From Cenococcum geophilum (lineage: Eukaryota), in the NCBI GenBank assembly GCA_050273025.1, contig CP158636.1:12090001-12154000 (forward strand): a DNA stretch of 64,000 nt, in the 5' to 3' direction. The notes below the pieces were generated by a model, which did not search any database, had not been told where the DNA came from, and worked only from the letters and a program-made list of their open reading frames with translations. Both the position numbers and the translations under genes were made by a program. Shown here piece after piece: positions 37,138 through 47,787 of the stretch (positions within the stretch are counted from its first letter, which is position 1; the number at the start of each line of letters is the position of its first letter).

Positions 37138-37561
37138 TGTAACGGAACCTTGTAGCAAGAACTACGGTGGGTCCTGTTATTGGGCTAGGTGTGTATGTGA
37201 TGTAAGTTAAAGTCAACAACGTAATAACAACTGGTGGAGTGGTTGCCTAACAGATTAACTCTAATTGTATTCTAAGAATCACTACAAGGAAGGAACTATC
37301 TAGGTAGGGACTGAGGGTCCTTAAATACACAACCGTACTCCTATGAAATCCTTCTTGTACGTGATGTACGTCTTATACGTAAGGTACGTAAGTTCCTCCC
37401 GTTCCTCCCGTTCAACACGTAGCACATCATGTGACCTCGGTTACCATTCCTCGTCACATAGTTCTACCGGTTCCATCGTGGACCGTGCTTAAATCAACCA
37501 ACTAGCTTCTTCCGTCTCTTCTCCAAGTAGTCGTAACATCGTACTTAAAGCGTCCGTAACA
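37138..37561. mobile_element. Solo LTR (424 bp), TSD TATTT, related to the LTRs of Gypsy E
   Basis: TGTAACGG...CCGTAACA ends, with TATTT at 37133-37137 and 37562-37566. It shares blocks such as CCTAACAGATTAACTCTAATT with 45967-46369. Removal restores LINE ITIFTSN*AVLLA. Confidence 0.9.
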
Positions 37562-38297
37562 TATTTACTAGTAATTAGGCGGTATTACTAGCGCTTAGCT
37601 AATCTAAGTACTAGTTTAGCTAAATAAGTATTATATAGATCTACAATATAGCCTATATATTAAGGTAAAGAAATAACCGCGTTTTTATTGCATGGGTCCT
37701 AATATAAGGGGAGTTTAAACTAGGTAAGAAGGTAAAAGAAGCAGCGCGGCAGGCTACTATATAAGGACGCCTACTATAAGGACAATAATACTAGGCTAAG
37801 GCTATAATAATAAATACCTTAAGAGCAAGATAGTGGGGTAGGAAAATACTACTAGAAGGAGTAGGAAGGTACTTAAGAAAAATAGATATAGCGCTACTAG
37901 GTAAATATACCTATAGGCTATATAACTTTTTTAAGTAAAAAGAGGTAAACGTATTAGCCTAGTTATGGACAGAAATAATATAACTTAATAGATATCTATA
38001 CTAGATTAGAGTAGTAGAATTAGATTAATATAACTGCAGATAAGTAAGAGAAATAGTAGAATATTTTCTCTTTAGGTGTATAAAATAGATAGTATATTAG
38101 GAGTAAATGCTGCAGTAAATAGATATAAGAAGAGGCAGCTTATCCTTCTACCTTAGGGGTAAGGCGCTATTTAACCCTAGATAGTAGACACTAAACGTAA
38201 ACGTAGTCTAAATAATAGTAAAATATATAATAGCTACTAGACGACTTAAGGCAGAACTAGATTAATAACCCGCCCACTATAGTTAAACCTCCCTCCC
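37562..38297 (+). mobile_element. Tad1-like LINE ORF2, piece 4 (RNase H, C-terminal CCHC) and start of 3' UTR
   Basis: Reads WVLI*GEF (WVP..G); LA*LWTEII*LNRYLY*I (LAQLRTG..LN.YL..I); YNCR*VREIVEYFLFRC (CxC...ETVEHFLFRC). The ORF ends at ~38265. Confidence 0.88.
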
Positions 38298-41200
38298 TGT
38301 CACGGGACATACCCGTAACACCTTATATACGTTTACCTATTTCTACTAACTTAGCAACTAGAGACTAACTACAAGATAGCAATCTAATAGTAACCTATGG
38401 CAATCTAATAGCAACTTGCTACATTTTACTATATTTCACCAAGTTCTACTAAGTTCTACTAAATCCTGCCAAGTCCTGCTAGGACCACTACCTAAATCCT
38501 ATTCTGCTCCGTGTATAAGTTAACTAAGCAACTAAGTCCATAATATATACCCTTTCTTCCTATTTTCCTACCTTCTCTCCTTACGCAATATCTTAACCTC
38601 CTTATACAGTTTATATATATAGCTTAATAATATCTACCTTGCTATATATTATTGTCGCTTATACTTACTCCGTGATACTACGTTACGTTAACTACCTATA
38701 CTACCGTTGACATGCAGAACGAACCCGAAGCCCCTATAACGGCCGCCGGTATTATAACCGCACTCTAAAAATAATTAGTAGGGATATAAAAGTCTTTTAT
38801 AGACGCCCTTAAACAGAACTAAGCTACTTTAAATTAATAATAAGCCAAATAAGAAGTATAATACTAGTAATTAATTAAGGACCTCTAAGAAGAAGTCCGT
38901 GCCCTTAAAATGCCCACGCTAGAACCTTAAGACTAAACGCTATTTCTGGAGATAAATACGCAGAACATAAGCCCCGAACCTATAGTAGCCACTTACCCTA
39001 AGCTAACTACTACACTAAAATAATCCGAACAACTATTAGATCCCCTAGTATTTACTAGTAAATAATAAGAGCTCTAATTATTTCTAAGCTAGCTTAAAAA
39101 TAAGCTAACTAGTAACGCTGACTATTACCTAACTAAAGTTAACCGACTCTATTACGCCCTAAGTTAACTAGGAGGAGATATAGCTAACCTTATTAAACCT
39201 CTTTAGCCAAACTTAGTGCAAAGCCTAGTTGTACTTCTTAAAGCTATATATAGTAACCCAAACCGCTAAGCTACTGCTTAAAAAAAGATAAACTACATAA
39301 CTTAAAAAACAAAAAGTTTCCCAGTATACTTCTCCGAATTTAACTATTACGTAAAGGAAATAGGCTGGAACGACTCCGTACTAATTAACAGCCTTATTAA
39401 ATCCCTAAGCCCTAAACTAAAAACCTCCCTAATAGGCGTAGACCTACTAGGAGCCCTTAATACCTATATAAACGTCATTAATAAACGGTATAATAATATA
39501 CTACGCCTGACACCAAAGCCCACCCCCTAATATAATACAGCAACCTTACGAACATCCACTAAGTCATTTTAGCTTAAGCACCCTAACGCTATGGATATTA
39601 ACACTAAGACCCTAGGATATGCCCCACTAGGGTCCTCTAAATAAGAATAACGCATTAAGCTAGGTCTCTGCTTTAAATATAGAAGTAACTCCTACCTCTC
39701 TAATCACTACTCCACCCCTTTTTAAAAAGATCTACAAATAGCTAACGCTAGCAGCCTACCGCCCCAATCCTCTAGCTACTATCCCCGATCTTTATCTAGC
39801 TCCAGCTTAATAATTAATAAGCACCGTTTACAAGAATAAAGCTCTAATTAATATCCTATAAGAACCCCATCCCGATCGCCTCTAAAAGGAAGGTCTTAAA
39901 GCTAAGTCGCTCTCTAGAACGGCTCTGCTATAAGATCTCGTTAAATGCATTTAACGTTACGAACTCTAACTCTTAGGACTATAGCATAACTATTAACTAT
40001 TATCTTTGGCAGAATAGTTAATAGGCTAACGCTTAAATCCTAATTAATACAGAAGCTAGCGGTATAGGATTTATTAACAAGATCTTTATATAAGATAATA
40101 GTTTTACCCTAACCCCCTTTAACCAGCATATTAATATATTTAGATTTAATGGTAAACGCACCGTCTTAGGCCGTATTACCTACGTAGTAACCCTAAGACT
40201 CTAATACCTAAACCACAAAGAACTAATTAAGCTTTTCGTTACCATCTTAGGTTACTTAGTAATCCTTAAATAACCCTAGATAAAGCTATATAAGGTAACT
40301 ATTAATTAGGATAACCTTAAGCTTCTATTTACCGCCTCCCGTTACAAGCAAAAGTGCTTTATAACTCGCTATTTAGACCTAAAACTAAAATCTAAAATTT
40401 CTATAACTGTCCACCCTATACCTAAGAAATCCACCAGATTCCACCAATATAAGATTTCTACTAATATCTACTTTACGCCCAAGGAACCCACCAGATTCTA
40501 CTAGCATAAGAATTCCACCAAATTCCACTAATATAAGAATTCCACCAACACCCACCAAGGATCCAAAAATTCTACTAAGCTCCATAAGTTATTACTAAAC
40601 ACTATACCGCCCTAAACTAAATAGAAACTTAAGCTTAGTATATAAAACTACTAAAAGGACTAGTATCCTATAATAAAAAGAATACTTAAAGAACCTAAAC
40701 CTAAATCTAATACTAACTCCGTACCTAATACTAAACCTAAACCCAAATAAGAAACTATAGACGAGCCGAACAAGCTTAGTACCCTAAATATCCATATAAT
40801 TGAAGCTACTTTATTAGCGCAACTTGCTAAGAAACCTAAATATACAATCTTTACTATCACTATAGCTGATATTAAGAAGGCCTTAGCACCGAAGAAGTAC
40901 GCTAACCCTGCTATAAAGGTACTAGTAGAGTGCTATAACCGCCTAAAGGCATTCTTATAGAAGAAAGCTAACAAGCTACTAGAATACCGATTATACAACC
41001 ATAAGATTATACTTAAAGAAGGAAAGCAGCCTAGATTTAGACCCCTATACGGGATATTGTAAAATAAACTCTAAGTACTATAAAAGTATTTAGATAAGAA
41101 CCTAAGCAAAGGATTTATTAGAGCAAGCTTATCGCCTATAGCCGCACCTATAATCTTTGTTAAGAAACCCGGCGGCGGTTTACGCTTCTATATAGACTAC

Positions 41201-44200
41201 CAAGCTCTTAACGCTATCACCATTAAGAACTAATATCCGATCCCATTAATATAGGAGATACTAAACTAACTAAGTAAGGCTCGCTACTATACAAAGCTTA
41301 ATATTATCTCTACATTTAACCGCCTCTATATAGCGAAAGGAGACGAATAGCTTACTGTATTTTATACTCGGTATAAACTATTTAAATACTTAATAACGCC
41401 ATTTAGCCTCGCAAATGCTCTAAGCTCGTTTTAATATTATATAAATAATACCCTACGTCCCTACCTAGACATCTTCTATACTACTTATATTAACAACATC
41501 CTAATATATAGTAATAACCTAACCAAATATTAGAAATACGTTAACTTTATCCTATAAGCCCTATATAGAGCTAGTTTATAATTGGATATAGATAAATACG
41601 AGTTCCATAAAACGGAAGTCCTATACCTTAAACTCCTTATTTCTATAAATGGTATATAAATAGATTTAAAGAAAGTTAAAGTAATTATAAACTAGTAAGA
41701 ACCTAAGAATGTTAAGGATATAAGAGCCTTTATAGGATTCGCCAATTTCTACTAACGGTTTATTAATAACTTCTCTGCCCTAGTTTTACCCCTTATTACT
41801 TTAACCTAAAAGAATAAAGCTTTTATCTTTAATAAGGAATATAAAAAGGCCTTTACTTATCTAAAAATTATATTTACTACTACACCTATGCTCTAATACT
41901 TTAACCTAAAATAAACGAGTGTTGTAAAAGCTAACTTATCTAATTATATTACTGGAGGTATTCTGTCTTAATATAACAAAGAAGGAATATTACACCCTAT
42001 AGCATACTTCTTAAAATAACTAAGCCCTACTAAATACAATTACGAGATCTACGATAAAGAATTGCTAGCTATTATTAGATGCTTTAAGTAATAGTAACCC
42101 AAACTAAAAGGCGCCGGATTTCTAATTAAGGTCCTTAGCGACTATAAGAACCTATAGTACTTCACAATTACAAAACAGCTGAGTTATTGTTAGGCCCGCT
42201 AGTTAGAATATCTATTACGCTTCCAATTCTTAATTACGTACCGCCTAGGCGTTTAAGGTTAGAAGCCTAATACCCTAACCCAACACTTATAAGACGCGCC
42301 AGCCCTAGAAAAAGCGCGCTCTTACTAAAATTAGACCCTACTTCGCCCTAAACTATTTAACCCTTTTACTAAAGACCTTACGGTATACATCCTTAAAATA
42401 ACCGATTAACTAATTAAATAGATTATAGTTAATAAATACCCAAATAACGAGTTTATCTAAGAAACGCTTAAGCTAATTTAAGATAGCGTTAGACGCTCTA
42501 AAAAGATTTCTTTAAGTAAATACGAAGCTTGTGGAAACCGCCTATATTACTAAAACCATCTAGTTATCCCTAATTATAATAAGCTTAAGCTTAAGCTCCT
42601 CAAACATATATATAATTTACCTATTACCAGCTACCTAGGCTAAGGAAAGACCCTAAAACTACTCTAACGGGAGTATTACTAGCTAAATATATATAATATA
42701 ATATAAAGGTATGTCTCTAGCTGCCACACCTACCGACGAGCTAAAGCCTTGCATAAGACGTATAACGGTCTTTTAAAGCCGCTACCTATTCCGGACCGAA
42801 GATAGAAAGATATTTTAATTAACTTTGTTATTAACCTCCCTAAAAGTAGAGGCTATATAAATATTATAGTAGTTGTAGACCAACTATCTAAGATAAGACA
42901 CTTAATTACCTGTTCTAATATATTAACGCCTGCTATAGCCTAACTATTCCTAGATTACATATAGAAACTCTATAGACTCCCTAAAATAATTATCTCCGAT
43001 AAAGGTAGTTAGTTTATCTTAGTATTCTAAAAAGAACTAACTACTTAACTCCGCAATAAAGCACTATTATTTACTATATATTACCTAGAAACGGATAGTT
43101 AAACGGAATACATAAATGCTATAATAGAATAGTATATTTAGATATACACGTTATATTTATAAGATAACTAGATTAACTAGCTCGCATTTACCGAGTTTAC
43201 TATAAATAATTCCGTCTTGGAAACTATAAAAGTCTCCCTATTTCTAGCCAATTATAGATAGTACCTATAAATAGGTTTTAAACCCTTTAATAATGTTCCT
43301 TACCCCGCTTATTGCGCCTTATAAGTCGCAAAAGCAAATAAATTCGTAAAAAAGATAGAGGAACTATAACAGTTCCTTACCAATGAGATAATATGGGCTT
43401 AATCTATCTATAAATCCGCAGTAAATAAAAAACAAACCCTAGCATCAGCCTACTAAATTAGTGATTTCGTCTGGCTAGATATAAGAAATCTAAATACGAA
43501 ATAACCTACTAAGAAACTTAATTAGAAGAATGCTAGCCCTTATAAGGTTAAAAAGGTTATCTCTCCTTATGCCTACCGACTAAAGCTCCCTGATACGGTT
43601 AAAATCCACCCTATATTCTATACGTTAGTCCTCCGCCCTACTACCCCTATATTAAACGTCCTGCCTAAACAGATATAGGACCCTCCCCCACTAGTTAAGG
43701 TGGACGGTAAAGATAAGTACTTTATTAAAAGAATTAATAATATTAAGTATAATAAATGGAAACGCTAATATATATACCTTATAAAGTGGAAAGGCTATAC
43801 TAAACCCTTATAGGAACCCGTTAACTCTATAGGACTTATATAAGCCGCAGAAGACTTTTATAAACTCTACCTAGAACTACTACAGCCCCATCTTACAGAA
43901 GCTTAAGTTTAAAGGGGGGGTACTATTACGGGATACCCCTATAACACCTTATATACGTCTACCTGTTTTTACTAACTTAGTAACTAGAGACTAACTATAA
44001 AATGGCAATTTAATAGCAACCTGCGGCAATTTAACGGCAACTTGCTATATTCTACTATATTCTACTAAGTTCTACTAAGTTCTACTAAATCCTGCTAAGT
44101 CCTTCCAAGACTACTACCTAAATCCTATTCTGCTCTATATATGAGTTAACTAAGTAACCAAGTCTACAATATATACCCTTTCTTCCTATTTTCCTACCTT

Positions 44201-44303
44201 CTCTCCTTACGCAACGTTTTAACCTCCTTACACAGTTTATATATATAGCTTAATAATATCTACCTTGCTATATATTATCGTCGCTTATACTCACTCCGTA
44301 ATA
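38298..44303 (+). mobile_element. Ty3/Gypsy chromovirus F, copy 2 (LTRs 38298-38677 and 43924-44303), TSD CTCCC
   Basis: 380-bp LTRs, with CTCCC at 38293-38297 and 44304-44308, and a PPT AAAGGGGGGG before the 3' LTR. Protease LINTEAS (LIDTGAS) ~40040; RT YINNILIY ~41487; integrase CHTY ~42722; chromodomain YLIKWKGYTKPL*EP ~43775-43820. It is the reverse-complement homologue of 20743-26712. Confidence 0.95.
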
Positions 44304-44420
44304 CTCCCCCCCCTTATACTTTAACCAACTCTTATTACGCACCCTCGTGCTACTAGTAAATCTCGCTTTAATTGCTAAAGATAAAATACTAAATACTTAG
44401 AGGAATAGCCCCCTAAGACT
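44304..44420 (+). mobile_element. Probable remainder of the LINE 3' UTR (piece 5)
   Basis: Contiguous with 38297 through the CTCCC TSD. No clear tail was seen, so the end is uncertain. Confidence 0.45.
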
Positions 44421-44798
44421 ACCTGCTATTAACTCCCTATAAGATTTTATAGAATAAGGTATAAGTAATACTAGGGAGTACTAAATAAGGTATATATAGG
44501 CTTATATAAAAATATAGTAAGACTAAAGGGGGTAAAAATATATAATATAGCACTAGTACCCTTTAGGCTTAGTGCCTCTAGGCGGAATAAACTTTATTAT
44601 TATCTTACCTAACGTACGATTTCCTCAACCCCGCTAAATCTATTTAGTAGGTTTTTAATTGCTACTATATATAAGAATAAATCCTAAATACCTAATCTAA
44701 AAAGCTATTATACTTTATCCCTAGGATTAGGATTAGTATCTATTAACTTATAAAGTAACGGTTAATAGAAATAAGATTCCTTTATAGGAGTATAGGTA

Positions 44799-45234
44799 CG
44801 TTAGGAAAAATTTTAACAGCATTTAGCTAGCATTTATAGCATTTCGCAGCATTTCGCAGCATTTAAATAAGACTATAGGCCTTAAGCAGCATCTAGGCAG
44901 CTATATATATATATTATATATAAATTTTTATTTTTAGATAGTTAATTGGATATAGTATATTATATAAATTTTTTGGAATTACTTATAAATTATATAAGTT
45001 ATTCTACTTCTAAAAAAAAAGGTTTTTAATTTTTTTTTAAAAAGTAGAATAACTTATATAATTTATAAGTAATTTATAAAAAATATATTATGTAATATAC
45101 TATATTTAATTAAATATTTAAAAAAAAATTTTTATATATAATATATATATAGCTGCCTAGATGCTGCTTAAGGCCTATAGTCTTGTTTAAATGCTACGAA
45201 ATGCTGCGAAATGCTACCAAATTTTTTCCTAACG
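44799..45234. mobile_element. Foldback/MITE-like non-autonomous element, almost entirely palindromic
   Basis: CGTTAGGAAAAA...TTTTTCCTAACG termini and ~200-bp arms, for example GACTATAGGCCTTAAGCAGCATCTAGGCAGCTATATATAT and its exact reverse complement at ~45143-45182. It is flanked by TA, extendable to TAGGTA on both sides. Confidence 0.9.
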
Positions 45235-46477
45235 TAGGTATAAAAACAGGGGTAGGGCGATAAGGTATAGCTAGAGTAGAAATTCTTAAACGCTTAATAC
45301 TAATATTAGGTCCAAACCAATACTAATAAAGCCTTTAAGGTATAAGCTTATAGTTAATAAAGATACGCTTAAGCCTAGAATAAATAAAGATATTAGCTAG
45401 CTAGTATAATCTAAAACCACTAAAACCTTACTATGGTAACTATTAGTTACCTATCCGCTAGGTACCTAAAAGGTAACCTATTTAATAACGTATTATATTA
45501 TACTCTTTTAAAACTTAACATATATACGCAATCTCCTTTCTATAATAGACGGCGACCTTCTTCTTATTACCTCTATCCTTAACCCTATTCTTAGTATATT
45601 AGCCTTACTTTTATATTAGGGGTTACTAGCTAGCTTACTAGGAATTATAGGCTATATAGATAGTTATAGTATAGTCTTAAATTTAACCTGGATATTTAGT
45701 ATTAGTATTAAAATAAGAGAGAGCCTAGGCAATATAGTAGCTAAAAATATTAAAACTTATTGCTACTTAGGCCTTAGCTATTAAAGCTTAAAATTAGTAA
45801 TAGAAAAGCTTACCTTAATATAACTGCCGCTTTTAATATATATATATTAATTATAAGGACTAAAGGTGTTAGACCTTATATAGTAGGTCTTATTATAAGC
45901 CTTTTAGAATTCTCTTATTAGACTTCGAGTCTTTTAAGGACGTATAAGTAAAGTTATTTAAGTAGGTATAACGAAGCCTTGTAGGAAATACTACGGTAAA
46001 CTTGTTAATAGGCTAGGTATATAGGTATAGAATAGTTAACAATATAAATATAACTAGTGAAGTAGTTACCTAACAGATTAACTCTAATTATATTTTAAGA
46101 TTTATTATAAAGAAAAGAAACTACTTATAGAGACCGTATGTCTTTAAATATATAACTCCTCCCTATAGTAAAGGGTTTAGTACGTTAGTATATTACGTTC
46201 CTATATTCCTACATTCCTATATTCTAAACTTATAACGTAACTTACTATATAACTTAGCTACCCTTTATCCTATAGCTTAATTAGTTTTAGCGCCTCCTAT
46301 ACTATTTTAACTAACCCATTTATATCTTTTTTTAGTAGTTATACTACTGCTAATATAAGGTCCGTAATACTATTCCCCTCCTCTTTATTTTTATCTTTAA
46401 AGATATTTTCTATCTCTAAGTTATCTATTAGAGGTATAGCATTCCTATTTTTAATTTAATAACCTTTATTATTTTTA

Positions 46478-47168
46478 ATGCCTTTTATTAGATCTTCCGC
46501 GTCTAATTATTATAACTAGCTAGTAACGTTTATTCTTTTTCTTAGTAAAGTTATACTATCCTATTCTTATTATATGGAGAAGAAGTTAGTATATATTATA
46601 ATTGCAGCTCTATTTAGTCGCTAACCTTCTTTCTATGCTAAATATACGCGAGCGGATATACAATTATCCTATAATATTTAATCTGTCTTTAACGCTAAGT
46701 ATATACGTTTTATTATTCTCTATAACTATCTAGTTTTTTATTTAATCTACTTTAGGGTTATACATAGTAGTAGCTAAAAAACTAGAGAGTAAGCTAGCTA
46801 AGGCCCTTATTAAGGTTTAGCGTTATTTTAATAAGGCGTCTTAAGCTCTAAAAGCTTAACTATATGCTTATACTCGCCTAAGCTATTTAATAAAAGTGCG
46901 TAAAAAGGTACGCTTAAAGGAGTTATATTTAGTAGAGTAAGGTCTATCTAAGCTTAAGGCTAAGGAGGCTAAAAAGAATTCTAGTTAAGAAGAGGCGGAA
47001 ATAACTAATACGCTAGCGGTAGATCCCTTAGATAATCCGGCTTATCTATTACCTTTAACTAATCCCTTTATTTTTAGCTCCTTCTTAATATTACCTAACC
47101 CGTTCTCTTTTAATACTCCTATACCTTTCCTATAGCGTTCTTTAAGTTTTATAGTAGTTTTTAAGTAG
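46478..47168 (+). pseudogene. Antisense accessory gene in Gypsy E: six-Cys zinc-cluster-like motif, intron, coiled coil
   Basis: The ATG at 46478 opens MPFIRSSASNYYN*LVTFILFLSKVILSYSYYMEKKLVYIIIAALFSR*PSFYAKYTRADIQLSYNI. Tyr spacing fits C-x2-C-x6-C-x13-C-x2-C-x8-C after G>A reversal. A putative intron lies at ~46701-46755 (ends TTAG). Exon 2 reads AKKLESKLAKALIKV*RYFNKAS*ALKA*LYAYTRLSYLIKVRKKVRLKELYLVE*GLSKLKAKEA, which is coiled-coil-like. All six Cys are reconstructed. Confidence 0.6.
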
Positions 47169-47787
47169 TCTTATTATAGCCTATCTACTTAACTTTATAC
47201 TATATTTTATTATTAGTGTTTTTATAACTAACGATCTTTAAAACTTACTATTTATCTTCTTCTTATCCTCTATACGTATTTACTTTATAAATTAGTAGCT
47301 TAATATTTTTATATACTAGCTTTAGTATTATAATATACTATATAGGGTAGACCTTTATTTTAGCTAGTAGGTTTAACTTAAATATAACTGGTAAAATCTT
47401 TTATATAATTTTAAAAGGTCCTAGTTTAATATAGTTTAACTTTTTACTTAGTTATTAACTCTTAAAATTTTTATATAGTAGCTATACTTTATCCCCCTCC
47501 CTAAAATCTAGTCCTATAGATCTCTTAGCGTTATAGTACTTTTTTATTCTCTCTTATACCCTTTTTACTAATTCTATAAGGTCTATATAAAGATTTATTA
47601 GTATTTTTATTCTTTCTTTAGCTGTATTACTTATTTTCTTTGCTTATTATAGTAATAATAATATTCTTAACTTATATCTGTAATTTGCCTTAAATAGTAA
47701 TATACCTATTCCTTCTTATAGTGTTATATTATATATAAACTATATAACTAGTAATAATAATACCCAATTATTCTATATATAATTAAT

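Noticed and set aside
4502..40860. ORF-track entries as functional genes
   Set aside because: All are short stop-free stretches of decayed transposon genes (e.g. 4502-4705, 13361-13573, 24007-24279, 32035-32298) or antisense/off-frame readings of them. None is an intact gene.
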